DNA of 64,000 bases from the human T2T-CHM13v2.0 reference genome, Homo sapiens (GCF_009914755.1 NC_060935.1), one strand, 5' to 3'; shown: positions 1 through 17,554, counted from the stretch's first letter. The notes: generated from the letters alone by a model not told the origin. Program-made: numbers and translations.

Positions 1-840
1 GCTCATTGCCTGGTACATAATATCTAATATTTGTTGAATAAATTAATTTACCCTGCTCTGCCATATATTTGTTTTATTCTATTTTGTAGAATTGGCTAGA
101 CACTTGTATGCGGTTTAATACCCCATAGTTAACAATAGGTCATGATGGCAGGAACTTTGTCATTGTGTATGCCTTTCACTCCTACCTTTTGCATGCATAT
201 ACTCAGTAAAGACATAGAGACTTAAGTTGAAATTTTCCCTTGAAAATAATGTTGAGCATGTTGAAATGGATACCTTAGAAATGTTCTGCAGCTACACTGC
301 CAATATAATGAGAATTTTTAAACAAAAACTTTAAGATCAAAGGTAAATAGAGTAAAAATCAAAATGGACATTTTAGATCTAGGCCATAAATTAGGATTTA
401 CAAGCACTTTCTTCTTCCTGTTCCATACCTTTTCCTACCTCCCTCATGCCACTGTTATAACTACTTTATTGTTCCAGTTGGCTTTTTCTGTTTTGGTCCT
501 AGCCTTCTGGTCCACAGAACTTTGTAGCGCGAGGGGTTGTGGGAGGAGATAGTACAATGTAATAATTGTATAGGTAATGTATATGTAATATGTGTGTTAT
601 AGCTGTGCTTGATTTATTATTACTGTCTCCTCAAACGGTTTCTCTAGCTGTCTAATCTTACTGCAGCAGTTAGTCCTCCTTTCTTGAAACTTACAGTTCC
701 TTTGATTTTTGGAGACATTCCTGGTTTTCCTCTTAAGTTTTTAGTTAAACTTTCTTATTCTTCCTTATGGTTTCCTCTTCCTCTACCTTTCCCTTAAATC
801 TGCATCTCAGGTAATTGATTTTAAAAGTACCAAGTTATGA

Positions 841-1026
841 CATGGACACAGAGAGGGGAACAACACACACCAGGGCCTCCTGGGGGTGGTGGGGGAAGAC
901 GGGAAGGAACTTAAGAGTATGGGTCAGTAGGTGCAGCAAACCACCATGGCATATGTATACCTGTGTAACAAACCTGTATGTTCTGCACATGTATCCCATT
1001 ATTTTTTAGAAGAAATAAAAAAATAA
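841..1026 (+). mobile_element. 5'-truncated L1 3' end (about L1PA11-13)
   Basis: ggtgcagcaaaccaccatggca...gtaacaaacctg...A-tail; perfect 18-bp TSD aaaagtaccaagttatga at 823-840 and 1027-1044; TT|AAAA target. Confidence 0.88.
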
Positions 1027-1086
1027 AAAAGTACCAAGTTATGAATGATTACTCATTGTCTTTAAATAAGATAGAGTTGATCCCTA

Positions 1087-1452
1087 TGATATGGTTTGGC
1101 TCTGTGTCCCCACCCATATCTTATCTCAAATTGTAATCCCCACATGTCAAGGGAGACCTTGATGTGGAAGGTAACTGGCTCATGGGGGTGGTTTCCACCA
1201 TGCTGTTCTCACGATAGTAAAGGAGTTCTCGTGAGATCTGACAATTTAAAAGTGGCAGTTTCCCTTGCACTTGCTGTCTCTCCTGCCACCTTGTGAAGAC
1301 ATGCCTTGCTTCCCCTTCACCTTCTGCCATGATTGTAAGTTTCCTGAGGCCTCTCCAGCCATGCTGAACTGTAAGTCGATTAAACCTCTTTTCTTTTTAA
1401 GTTACCTAGTTTCACATCATTCTTTATAGCAGTGTGAAAATGGACTAATACA
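1087..1452 (+). mobile_element. MaLR solo LTR, THE1D-like
   Basis: TGATATGGTTTGGCTCTGTGTCCCCACCC...GGACTAATACA termini; 5-bp TSD cccta at 1082-1086 and 1453-1457. Confidence 0.9.
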
Positions 1453-2224
1453 CCCTATAATAGTATTGTTACTCATTTATTTCTGTGATATCTTAAGTGG
1501 AAGAGGGAAGAGTGGTACTTCAGTTGAGTTGCAAGGAATTTTGATTTGCAGATAAGTAACATCCTTGAGAAGCAGGAAATTAATGTATTTTGGTCATATG
1601 TGTAAAGCAGTGTCTCTATAATTTCTGCCCTTAGCCCACTTCTGATGTGACTCACTCTTGGACATTTTCATTTACTTCCATGACTTCAAAAAACACTCAA
1701 TTTGTAACGATCCCCAATTTTTTATTTCCAGCTCAGATTTCTCTTCTGAGTCCTAAGTAGGAATATTCATTAGCCCTCTTTCAATTATTTCTCACAACAT
1801 GTCTCTTTAACACCTCAAACTCAGTGCTTTCAAAATTGAAACCGTCCATGTTTGTTCAGCCTTATGGGTGGCTCACTGTCATTCATGATTCCTGTCTTCC
1901 CCGCAAGTCTTCTCAATTGTATTTTTTAAGAATTCCTAAGTATCTAGCTATTGCCACTGTTTTGCCCTCATAATTTCTTACCTGGATTTCTGCAGTAGGA
2001 TCTTGGCCTTCTCTCTTTAAGGTTTGTTCTGTTCTGCACAGTATTTATCAGATTATCTAAGATAATGATTCTTTTGAACTTTTCAAAGTGAACTTATAGG
2101 GTCCCATGTCACATGTCAGAACTACTAATCAATAATTTCTGAAAGGGAGATCTGGATGTATATAGTTTGAAAAAACTAACCAGGCGATGCTGATGAGCAT
2201 CGCCTGGTTACAGACCATTCTTTA

Positions 2225-2516
2225 GGCCAGGCAAAGTGGCTCACGCCTTTAATCCCAGCACATTAGGAGGTGGAGGTGGAAGAATCGCTTGAGTCCAGGA
2301 GTTCAAGACCAGCCTGGGCAATATAGGGAGACCTTGTCTCTATAAAAAGATATTTAAAAAACTGGCCAGACATGGTGTCGCACGTCTTTGGTCCCAGCTA
2401 CTCAGAAGGCTGATGTGGGAGGATTGCTTGAGCCTGGAAGGTCACACCTAGGGTGAGTTATGATCACACCACTGCACTCCAGCCTGGGCAACAGAGCAAG
2501 TCCCTGTCTCAAAAAA
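2225..2516 (+). mobile_element. Alu (AluJ-like)
   Basis: Dimeric Alu sequence with short A-tail. Confidence 0.9.
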
Positions 2517-2702
2517 GTATAAATTTAACTCTTACTAAAATTCTTGAGAGGCTCTTGATTCCCTTGAAGATAAAATGTGAGATCCTTATTTTGGTATATA
2601 ATATTCCATAGTTTGGTTCCTGTCTACCTCATATCCCTGTTCTCCAATACAACCATGCTGAATTACTACAGTTCTAATGTGCCATCTTAGGGATATTTCT
2701 AG

Positions 2703-3091
<389 letters not shown>

Positions 3092-3269
3092 TTTCCTCGT
3101 CCTTTTAATACTCAGTTGTCATGTCCTAGAGGAAGTCTTCCCAGATTGTGTTATGTTTATTTACTTATGCTCTTTTATTTCTCTAGTTCCTAGCATAACA
3201 CTTGGCAGTCAGTAAATGTCAGTTGTATAAATGCAGAACTTACCTTTAGGTGCAACAATAGTAGCATTG

Positions 3270-3510
3270 ATTCAGCATTCATTATGCGCCAGTTGCTGGA
3301 CTGTGCTAGTTGCTGCTGACCGTATGTGCTTTATTGTTTACTCTCACAACAACCTGATGAAGGTAGGTGTTACTATTACCCATATTTTACTGTTGAGGAA
3401 ACGGAGACTTGGTTAAGTCTAACTAATTGTCTGTGTGGCTAGCCTCTAAGTCACAGAATTTATATAGAACTGGATTTGAATCCTGTGGCCTGTTTGCAGA
3501 GCTATGCTTT
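3270..3510. mobile_element. MIR remnant
   Basis: ctcacaacaacctgatgaaggtaggtgttactattacccatattttac...gaggaaacggag core. Confidence 0.7.
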
Positions 3511-4514
3511 TATACAGCTGTTACACAGTTGTTTCAAAGTTCCCTCGTTTATTTTTTCAAATTCATGATAAATAATTTCTTAATAAGAGCTGATTATTCT
3601 TAGGCTACATGTTTTTGCTTTTAAATTATCAAACTGGATTAGCTAAAACAAAGATTTTAAAATATTTGGCATTTAGGTATGAATGGGATAGGTATATGCT
3701 AGAGTTCCACACAGATTTAATTCAGTGGACTTAGTGTTTATTTCTATTCGGATTTTATACCAAAGAATACTGTGTGCTAAATAAAGTAAAAATATTTATC
3801 TTAACTGAGAATATTAGAACTACAAAGAACATTAGGCTTTATAAGTAGGAAAACAAGTATTCTACAAGATTATGTACTTTGCTCAAAGTCTTGTAGCATT
3901 TATTTGCAGAATCAGGACTGGAATTTGGGGCTCCTAACTTCCAATCCAGAATGTTTATCTTTCTCAACTATGAAAAGCTGATATACCTAAAACTGTAACA
4001 ATATTTTCAAAGCTTAAAGAGAATTCTATTTTTATTATATTCTAGGTATTTGTGACCAAATTATTTAACACAAAAAGAACAAAGTGATATGACTACTTAA
4101 GGCAAAATCATTTATTCAGTGCTTAAGTAACTTATTACTTGTGTGCAAGTACTGGCTTGTTTTCTCAGATTTAACATATTTCGTGAAACATTTGCTAATT
4201 GATTTTTAAACCTGGAATGTGTTTTATTTCTTAAGCATCATAAACATAAGAGTAGGCTACCCAAGGAGTAGGTTTATATGTTATTAATATCTGGGTATAA
4301 ACCATAAGAGCATATATTTAAAAGCATTTTATCTTACAGTCATATACCATCTTCACTGCATGAGTGGACATTTTAGATGAATTTTTTGCCTCAGCTATAT
4401 CTGCTTTAGAAATTAATTTTCTTTGTTATAGTGAAGTTGACTAAAAAATGGTCACACTTAAACAGTGTAGAGAGTGGTAATCTGATAACTAATCTTTGTT
4501 GGTTTGTTTCAATT

Positions 4515-4806
4515 TTTGTTGTTGTTGTTTTTTGTTTTGAGACAGTCTTGCTCTGTTCCCCAAGCTGAAGTGTAGCGGCCTGATCATGGCTCACTGTAGC
4601 CTTGACCTGCTGGGCTCAAGCCATCCTCCCACCTTAGCCCCCCTGAGTAGCTTGGACTACAGGTGCCACTATGCCCAGCTAATTATTTTTTGTAGAGAGT
4701 CTCACTGTGTTGCCCAGGCTGATCTTGAATTACTGGACTCAAACAATCCTCCAGCCTTGGCCTCCCAAAGTGCTGGGATTATGGGTGTGAGCCACTGCAC
4801 CTGGCC
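4515..4806 (-). mobile_element. Alu (AluJ-like)
   Basis: Reverse Alu with (GTT)n tail. Confidence 0.88.
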
Positions 4807-5519
4807 TGTTTTGGTTATTTGAGAAAATTATAATTTTTTTTTAAAATGTGACAGTGACGGAAAGAAGATGATACTTCCCTTTGCAAAATTCTAACCTTCC
4901 TTGTCCTCAATTTCATACCTTACTCATGAGTGTGGGGAGGAGATAGAAGATTTGTTTTATGCTAGGGCTGGGAATATGAAGATTGAGACTTGGTTCATTC
5001 TCCTCTAGGATTTAGCTGAGGTAATACTTGGAGTTTGTAAGGTGATGGTAAAAGTTTACTATTCTCTCCCTACCACGACTACCCAGGGCTTGGGGATTAA
5101 GAAGGGCTATGCTGGGCCACAGTAGGTCCTATCTTACATAAATGTACCTATATTCAAAGACGAGTCTATACTGGTCCAAACGTGGAATTACAAATCAAGA
5201 CCATGTTTTGAGGCATGCTTTTTCCTTTTAGGATTATAAAAAAGAAATTCTGGCTTTTGATTAAAAAATAAACAATCTCAACAGACCAGTACTATCAGAT
5301 TATTATTGCTAAGATTAATACCTTCTGAAATTGATTTTAAAACCATAAAGCACAGATTTTTAAAAAACATTATTATATGGTATATGGAGATGGGCCAACC
5401 ATAAAAGATTGAATACATGCATGACAGCAAGGCTTATCTAGAAACCACCTTCTTTTGGTAGTGTTGCGTAGTTCATGAAAAATTAAAAATGATCACTAAG
5501 GTTGGATGAATATAATTTT

Positions 5520-5799
5520 GTTTTTTTTTTTTTGAGATGGAGTTTCACTCTTGTTGCCTAGGCTGGAGTGCAATGGTGTGATCTCCAACTCCTGGGTTCA
5601 AGCAGTTCTCCTGCCTCAGCCTCCTGAGTAGCTGGGATTACAGGCATGCGCCACCACACCCGGCTAATTTTGTATTTTGAGTAGAGACAGGGTTTCTCTA
5701 TGTTGGTCAGGCTGGTCTCCAACTCCCGACCTCAGGTGATCCGCCTGCCTCGGCCTCCCAAAATGCTGGGATTACGGGCATGAGCCACCGCGCTCGGCT
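5520..5799 (-). mobile_element. Alu (AluS-like), small internal deletion
   Basis: TSD ggatgaatataatttt at 5504-5519 and 5800-5815. Confidence 0.9.
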
Positions 5800-6050
5800 G
5801 GATGAATATAATTTTTATTGATACAATTTACATGGATGAGTGACCATTTTAAATCGTACAATTCAATAATTTTTAGAATACTCACAAGGTTGTACAACCA
5901 TCACCATTATCTAATTTCTAGAGCATTTTCATTACCTAATAAAGAACCACATACCCAGTAGCAGTCTTTTCCTAGTTTCCCCTCTCCCCAGACCCTAGCA
6001 AATGCAGTAATCTGTCTCCATGGATTTGCTTGTTTGGGACATTTCATATA

Positions 6051-6739
<689 letters not shown>

Positions 6740-7140
6740 TAGCATAGTACTTCCAGATTCCTCCAGGTTGTAGCATGTATCAGTATTTTGTGCCTCTTCG
6801 TGGGTGAATAGTATTCCTTTGTTTGACTACATCACGTTTTGTTTATTCATTTATTAGTTTTTGCACATTTGGATTGTTTCCACCTTTTGACTATTATGAA
6901 TAATGTTGCTATGAACATTTATGTACAAGTTTTTGTGTGAACATGTTTCCATTCTCATGGGTATATGGGAGTAGAGTTGCTGGGCCATGTGGTAATGATG
7001 TTTAACTTTTTGAGGGAGGCATGAGATTTTATTAATATTTTCTTAATTCAGTTAACTACTGTTGCTTTATTCACAGCTAACTTAATGTCAAATGTAATCT
7101 TTATCCCATTGAACACAAGATACTAAAAATCCCTATTTTA

Positions 7141-7443
<303 letters not shown>

Positions 7444-8479
7444 CCAGCATTTCTCTGTATTGCTTTCTGTGACTTATGATGTGGAGCTCTCTTGTTTTGT
7501 GCTTCAGTAATTAATATCATTAGATGGTAGCTCAAGTAGGTTTTGGCCTTATATGAAATCCTGATATAATGCCTAAAATTAATAATATTAAGTCTCAGAT
7601 AATTCAGTTTTTAATTAGCATGGAGTGACCTACTGGCTTAATCTTTCATTTTTGAATCCCTAGTCCTTAACAGGATGCCTGCCCAGTCAAGTAGGCACTC
7701 AGTAGAAGTTTGAGAGATTATTGAGCTCTAACTTGAAGCTGATTTCTCTTCCGAAACTGTACATGGGTTGTAATTATTTATGACTACCTGCTGTGTACCA
7801 CATACTATTCTGGGTGCTTGGGATGTACCAGTGAATAAAGCAAAGGCCCTGTCCTTAAGGAGTTTACCTTTCAGTGCATACTGGGCAAACTAGCATACTA
7901 TATATAGTAAATACATATAGTATGTTGAGTGTTTATTAATGCATGGAGAAAAATAAAGAGGGTTAGGGCATGTGGAGAGAGAGGACAGAGTAAGGATGTT
8001 GTTTTTTATGGGGTGGTCAGGGAAATCTTGAGAGGTGAAATTTAAGCAGAGACCTAAGGGGAAATGAGGAGTGAGTTTGAGGGATGAGGCAAGAGACCTG
8101 TCTGGCTGGGAGTAAAAAATAGGAGCTAAAATCAGAGGTGTAAGGGAGCAGCAACTAGATCATGTAGTGCCTTGAGAACTTTGTAAGAAGTTGTGGCTCT
8201 TGTGAGGTGGGAAGCCGTTGGAAAGTTTTTCATGATTTGATTTTACCTTTTTAAGAGAATGACTCAGGCTGAGGATGAGGGGAAGGAGGGGCAAGAGCAG
8301 AGGCAAGGAAACCAGTTAGGTATAATAATTCCTTGTCTGTTCAAGAAGTGATTGGAGTTAGCAAAGATTTATAAGGAACACCCTCTTCCCCCCAAAAACC
8401 CCTGATATTTATAAATTAGATCAATAATTATTCTAACGCTTAGGAAGTTGTGTTTAGATTTAGCATGGCTTACATTTTT

Positions 8480-9780
8480 TTAAATGTAGACTTCATTTTT
8501 GGGAACTGTTTTAGATTTACAGAAAAATCAGGAACATAGTATAGAGTTCCCATACACCCCCCACCTAGTTTTCCCTATTATTACCATCTTGCATTGGTAT
8601 GGGACATTTGTTACAGTTAATGAACCAATATTAATACAGTATTATTAACTAAAGCCTATAGTTTATGCAGATTTCCATAGATTTACTTAATGTCTTTTTC
8701 TGTCTCCTCTTATCTGTGACAGTTTTTCCAGCTTAGTTTGTTGTTTTTGTTGTTGCGGTTTTGTTTTTTAGAGACAGAGTCTTGCTCTGTCATCCAGGCT
8801 AGAGTTCAGTGGCATGATCACCTACGAACTCCTGGGCCGAAATGTGTAGCTGGAAACTACAGGCAAGCACCACTAGGCCTGGCAAATTTTTAAAAGTTTT
8901 TTAGAGACTGAGTATTGCTATGTTGCTCAGTCTGGTATCAAGCACTTCTCTGGCCTCAACCTCTTATTACTTTGCTTTTGATAACCTTCACAGTTTTCAG
9001 AAGTACTGGGCAAGTATTTTGTAGGATACCCCTCTTTTGGAATTTGCCTATGTTTTTTCTTTTCATGTTTAGACCGGTGTTACTGGTTTTGAGGAGGGAG
9101 ACCACAGGGGCAAAGTGTCACTTTCATCACATCCTGTCAGTGGTACATACTATCAACGTGATTTATCACTACTGATAAAGCCTTTATCACCTGGTCGATT
9201 CTTGTCAGGTTTCTACACTGTAAAGTTACTCTTTTTTTCCTCCTTTCAATACTATACTCTTTGGAAAGGCGTCACTGTGTGCAGTCCACACCTGAGTGGG
9301 GAGTTATGGTCTCCCTCCTTCAGGGTAGAGAATCTACATAAATTAATTGGGAATTCTTCAAGGGGAATTTGTCTCTTCCTCTCTATTTATTCAATCGTTT
9401 ATCAGTATGGACCCATGGATATATATTTTATACTTCGGGTTACAAGCCAGTACTATTTTGTTGCTCAAAATGTTCCTGCTTTGGTCATTGGGAACTCTTT
9501 TCAAATAGCTTGTGTGTTCCTTTGACATAAATGTCTTTTCTTTTTTTCTCCCTCCCTTTCTGCCCCCTTTCTTTTTAGCACTTTCTTACTTTCTGGCACT
9601 ACAAGATACTCTAGACTCATCTTGTATATTTCCTGCCCCAGTACTAGAATCAGCCATTTCTCCAAGGAGCCTTGGTTCCTTTTTCTTGGAGAATGGTACG
9701 AGAAACCAATCTGGGCACTAGGTATGTTCTTTGCTGCTGGAGTGTCATTGCTTCTGGGCTCTGTCCGCCAGAGTAAGGAA
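8480..9780 (-). mobile_element. Old L1MC-like 3' region with embedded degraded Alu (~8735-8960)
   Basis: gttttagatttacagaaaaat...ttacagttaatgaaccaata...aatcagccatttctccaaggagcc motifs. Confidence 0.65.
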
Positions 9781-12045
9781 ATACACATGTAGCTTGTTTT
9801 AATATAGAGAATGATTGCTATGATCATTTTAAAAGCATATAAAATCGTAAGAGTATTTTGAAAATAGCAGTTGGGCATTTGGGTTTTTGTATTAAGGGAT
9901 TTCTACATTATACTTTGAGTAGCAAAAGAATGAAACTGGACTCCTACCTCACACCATATAAAATAATTAATTTGAAATGGATCTGTCATCCTAAATGTAA
10001 AAGCTAAAACTAAAAAACTCTTAGAGAAAACATGGGCATAAATCTTCATGACCTTGGATTACAAGTTATTTCTTAGATATGCTATCAAAAGCATGAGTGT
10101 GACAAAGGAAAAAATAAATTGGACTTCAAAATAAAAAATTTTTGTGCTGTACATGATACCATCAGAAAGTGAAAAGATAACCACTGAATGGAAAACAATG
10201 TTAAAAATCAGATTTATCGGGGATTTGTATCCAGCATATTTAAAGAACTCTTATACTTTAATAATAAAAAGATAACCCAGTTAAAATATGAGCAAAGCAT
10301 GTGAGTAGACACTTGTCCAAAGAAGATGCAAGTGGTCAGTAAGCACATGCAGAGATGCTGTACATTATTAGTCATAATGAGGTAAATGCAAATCAGAACC
10401 ACTCCACACCTGTTAGGATGTCTACTATAGATGAGAAATACAGATAATAAATATTAGTGAGAATGTTGAGAAATTATAACTTATACTTTGCTGGTGGGAA
10501 TGTAAAATGGTACAGCCACTTTGGAAAACAGTTTGGCCATTTCTCAAAATGTTAAACATGGAGTTTTCATTTGACCCAGCAATTTCACTCCTGGATATAT
10601 ATACCCAAGAGAAATTAAAACATACATCTATACAAAAACTTGTACATGAATGTTCATAGCATCGTTATGATAGCCCAAAAGTAGAAACAACCCAAATGTC
10701 CATCAGCTGATGAATGGATAAACAAAATGTGGTATATCCATACAATGGAATATTCAGCCCTAAAAAGGAATGAGGTACTGATATATCCATGTTGTAATAA
10801 GGTGAACCTTGAAAACATATTTAGTGAAAGAAGCCAGTCATAAAAGGCCACAGGTAGTATGATTCAGTTTTTATGAGTTATTTTGAATAGGCAAATCCAT
10901 AGAGACAGAAGGTAGATCAGTGATTGCCAGGGGCAGAAGAGAGGAGGGAAATAGGACCAGTTGCTCATGGATACACGTTTATTTGGGGGGGATGATCAAA
11001 ATATTCTAAAATTAGATTGTGGTGACAGTTGGACAAGTCTGAATATTCTAAAAACCACTGATTAGCATACTTTAAAAGGGTGACCTTTATGGTATGAAAG
11101 TTGTATTCCAAATTTGTTTTTTTACAAAATCATTTAGAACAGAATAGCAAAAGACACTTAGGGATAAATTTAACAAAATACATGTAAGAATTATACACTA
11201 AACACTACAAAAGATTGTTGAGAGAAATTAAAGACCAGAAACAGCTGTACCATATTCATGGCTTAAAAGATTCAGTACTTTTAAGATGGTATAGTTTTTC
11301 CCAAATTGATGTTTAGATTCAATACTGTTTTTTTGTTGTCATAGAAATTGACAAGCTAACTCAAATGTATGTGGAACTACCTAGCACAGCAAAACAATTT
11401 TGGAAAAAGAACAAATTTGGAAGATTTGTGTTATTGAATTGAAGACACTATAAACACAGTTGTATAAAAATATAGTTATTTGTGGATTGATTTATATGAA
11501 CAGACATTGGTCAGTGTAACACTATAGTCAAGAAATAGAAACCCATATATATGGTTTATTGGTTTTTGACAGAGGTGCCAAGACAATTCAATAGGTAAAG
11601 AATAATCTTTTCAATATATAGTGCTGGAACCATCGCACATTGAAATTTTAAAAATGAGTATCAACCTTTTACACCACGTATAAAAAATTAACTCCAAATG
11701 GATTATAGCCCTAAATGGAAAAGTTAATACTATAAAACTTCCAGAAGAAAACAGAAAATCTTTGAGATCTTAAATTAGGCAAAGATTTCTTAGGTACACC
11801 ACCAAAAGTACAATAGATAAATTAAAAACTGATCAAAATTAAGAGCTTTTGCCCTTCTAAAGATACTGTTGCAAGAATGAAAGCCACCGGGTGGGAGAAA
11901 ATATTTGCAAAACATAACTGGCCAAGAACTTGCTCCAGAATATATAAGCAACTCTCTAAACTCAGTAATAGAAAACAACCCAATAAAAATGGGCAGAATA
12001 TTTCAGTAGTACTTTTACTAAAGATTTCTACATGGCAGATGGTGA

Positions 12046-12396
<351 letters not shown>

Positions 12397-12987
12397 TAAC
12401 AACTTACAAACTAACAATACCTAGGGCCCATATGGATGCAGAGTTACTAGACATACATTATTGGTGGGAATGTAAAATGTTATAGCCACTCTGGAAAACA
12501 TGCAGTTTATCTGAGTTAAAGATACATTACTGTATAACTCAGCCATCTCTCTACTCAAGTGAAATTAAAACTTATGTTCACACAAAAACTTATGCACATG
12601 TGTATAGCAGCTATATTCATGATTGCCCCAGATGTCTCTCAACTGGTGAGAAGGTTTTAAAAAACAAACCAACCTGTGGTACAACCATGCAATGGAATAC
12701 TGCTCAGCAATAAAAAGGAATGAATCACTGATAGAAATAACAACATAGATGAATCTCAGAGGTGTTACACTAAGTGAAAAGCCAGACACAAAGACTACAT
12801 ATTAAATGATTCCATCTATATGACATTTTGGAAAAGGCAAAATCACAGAAGCAGAAAACAGATCTGGGGACTTGGTGGTAGGATGGGTTCACTGCAGAGA
12901 GGCAGGGGGAATCTTTGTGGTGATGGAAGTGTTCTCTCCCTTGGTTTCTGTGGTTTGTTTATGCAGGTATGAAAACACACACTAGAG

Positions 12988-13594
<607 letters not shown>

Positions 13595-13875
13595 CTATGC
13601 AAATTATACCTAATTTTTAAAAAGCGAAAATGTGAAAAATTTGAACCTTGAACTTTACCTCATACCATACACACAAAAAGATCTCAAAATGAGTCACAGA
13701 CCTAAACATATAAGCAAAAACATTAAAACTTACAAAATAAAACAATAGGAGAATGTATTAGTGACTTTGGGTTGGTGAAGATTTCTTAGGACACCAAAAG
13801 CACAAACTATAAAACAAAAAATCTTGATAATTCACACGAGCAAAAATTAAAACCTCATTATTTAAAGACAGTGGA

Positions 13876-14182
13876 GGCCAGGTGTGGTGGCTCACACCTG
13901 TAATCCTAGCACTTTGGGAGTCCAAAGTGGGTAGATTGCTTGTTTGAGTCCAGGAGTTCCAGACCAGCCTGGGCAACATGGACAAGCTTTGTCTCTACAA
14001 AAAGTTAGCTGGTGGTGGTGGTGCACGCCTATGGTCCCAGCTACTCGAGAGACTGAGGTGAGAGAATCACCTGAGCCCGGGAAGTGGAGGCTGTAGTGAG
14101 CCGTGATCATGCCACTGCAATTGAGGTTGGGTGACCGGAGTGAGACCCTGTCTCAAAAAAAAAAAAAAAAAAAGGAATAAAT
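13876..14182 (+). mobile_element. Alu (AluJ-like)
   Basis: TSD aaagacaStgga at 13864-13875 and 14183-14194. Confidence 0.9.
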
Positions 14183-14329
14183 AAAGACACTGGAAAATGA
14201 AAGAGAATGAAAAGGCAAGCCAATAGACTGGGAGAAAATACTCCCAATACATATATTTGAGAATGAATTTTGATCCAGGGTATGTAAAGAATTCTTAAAA
14301 CCCAATAAGAAGGGAAACAACCCAGGTTT

Positions 14330-14850
14330 GGTTTTATTTTCAGCTTTTATTTTAGATTCAGGGGGTACATGTGCAGGTTTGTTACAGCATGATGCTGAAG
14401 TTTGGAATACAAATGATCCTGTCACCTGGGTACTGAGCATAGTAGCTGACAGTTTGTTTTCCAGTCCTTACCCCCTTCTTCCCTCCTCTAGTAGCCCCCA
14501 GTTTCTATTATTGCCATCTTTATTTCCAAGTACGCAATGTTTAGCTCCCACTTATTAATGAGAACATGTGGTATTTGGTTTTCTGTGCCTGCATTAATTT
14601 GATTAGGATTATAGCCTCCAGCAGCATCCATATTGCTGCAAAGGACATGATTTTGTTCTTTTTAATGGTTGTGTGGTATTCTAAGATGTTTGTGTACCAC
14701 ATTTTCTTTATCCAGTCAACCGTTGATGGGCACGTGTGGGTTGACTCCATGTCTTTGCTATTGTGAATAATGTTGCAATGAACATGCAAGTCAATGTCTT
14801 TTTGGTAGAATGACTTGTTTCCTTTTGGATGTATACCCAGTAATGAAATT
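14330..14850 (-). mobile_element. L1PA/L1PB (older primate) 3' end
   Basis: ORF 14541-14900 contains the ORF2 C-terminus (DWIKKMW...HMFSLISGS) followed by 3'UTR. Confidence 0.85.
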
Positions 14851-15033
14851 GATGACAACCTAGATCTTTTAAAAGGGCTAAAGATTTGAATAAACTTCAC
14901 TAGAGAAGCTAAAAGAATAGCCTTACAAACATACAGAAAAATGCACCTCCTCGTATGTTATCAGAGAAATGCAAATTAAGCCCAGTGATACTCCACTGAA
15001 CCCACCTAGAATGGCTAAAATTAAGAAGACTGA

Positions 15034-15438
<405 letters not shown>

Positions 15439-15543
15439 TAATAAGGATACATTACCTTAACGACTTCAAGCTCAGAATCGTCAGTAATGAGACAAACTGA
15501 CACTGTGTGCCTCCTCATGTGATGCAATAAGAAGTACACAACA

Positions 15544-15722
<179 letters not shown>

Positions 15723-16748
15723 TTAGTTGCCCTGGATTCTTCAAAAGGTCAAGGGATTTGGGATTAGGGGTTGGGTGAAGGCACTAAGTTAGAGAAATAA
15801 CCAAATGAAATTACTGAATTTTGATTGGATCCTAGTTAAAAAGAGCTTAAAACTTTTAGATGTTTGGCAATAATTGGGGAAACTGGAATATGACCTATAT
15901 ATTACATGATTATTGAATTAATGCTAAATGTGTTTAAGTCTGATAATGATATCTGGTTATATAAGAATGTCCTTATTCCTATGAGATGCAACTGATGATA
16001 TCTCCAAGTTATTTTCAAGTTGTTTAGCAAAAAAAAGAAAAGTGGGTATGTGTGTATAGAGGAAAATAAATGTTACAAAATCTTAATAGTTGTTGAATCT
16101 TAAGGGACAGGTATATGGTGTTCATTGTATTTTTGATTTCTTTCTATGGGTTTAAAATATTCAAAATAAAAACATAACCTTTCCTTTCCAAGAAGAGGGG
16201 GAAAAATCTTGTTTTGGGCTACTCTGAAAATGTTTGAGCTTGAAGTTTTCTCAGTGAGTTATTGGGAAATAGTATTAATTATTTATTTGAATTATCTATT
16301 ATTCCATAGAATACTATAATTAGAGAGGTTATGGAGGTTATTTCATCTGGTCCTTTTTTTATACAGATGAAATTAGTCCAACAATAATTGAGTCCCTTAT
16401 TTAAATTACACTGTAAGCCAGAAGTAGAGCCTGTACAATGAATTCACCTCTCTGTTGTCCAGGATATTACTTTTTCTTCTGTACCACATTACCTCTCCCA
16501 GTAAAAAGACTCTTGTTTGAGGTAGAATTGAATTAAAGAAAATACTGTGTATTATTTTTCTTACTAATGCATCTTAAATATATTTCCTCCATTGTGATAG
16601 TATTGTCAGACTGTGTTTGATCCACGAATCTATAGGTCAGGAAATTGGTCAAAGGTTTCTACTACTTTTATAGTTGTTCTTCTAGAAGTTTTTTTTATCA
16701 GATGGTTTGGACTGTGTATTTTGGTCACTGATTTTTAATGTCCTCTAG

Positions 16749-16861
16749 TTTAAGCTATGAAGAAGGACATCCCTCACACTCTGAAACAGATCTCCTTCAG
16801 AGACAGAGTTTTGCAGCCTCTCATCAGCTTCCTGGATATGCTCCCACACCTCAGCCTACTG
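16749..16861 (+). CDS. QSER1: QSER1 coding exon (113 nt, phase 2->1): LSYEEGHPSHSETDLLQRQSFAASHQLPGYAPTPQPT-G
   Basis: Acceptor tcctctag|, donor G|gtaac. Open frame continues in phase into the next exon. Peptide resembles the PRR12 N-terminus (SHPETDILHRQ, from memory). Absent from the ORF track. Confidence 0.88.
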
Positions 16862-16910
16862 GTAACAATTCTCTTGTGAATTATACTACGAGTCTGGGTA
16901 CATTTAGTGA

Positions 16911-17298
<388 letters not shown>

Positions 17299-17554
17299 AA
17301 AGCTTTGGTTTTTACCAACGGAATATTTATATAATTAATAAATTAAAAGATCTTCTTTCATGCATCTTTGGAGATTTTAAATTATAAATATGCTTGGTCA
17401 AATTAATATGTTTACTATCAAAATAAAACCATCTGGGGTTGTAGAATGTTTTGGCCTTAATTTTCAGAAATTTTAAAATAGAGTCAGGAATATAATTTAT
17501 ACAAGTAAATTTTTTTTTTTTTTACTTTGGGATATATTTTATCTTCAAATTTAG

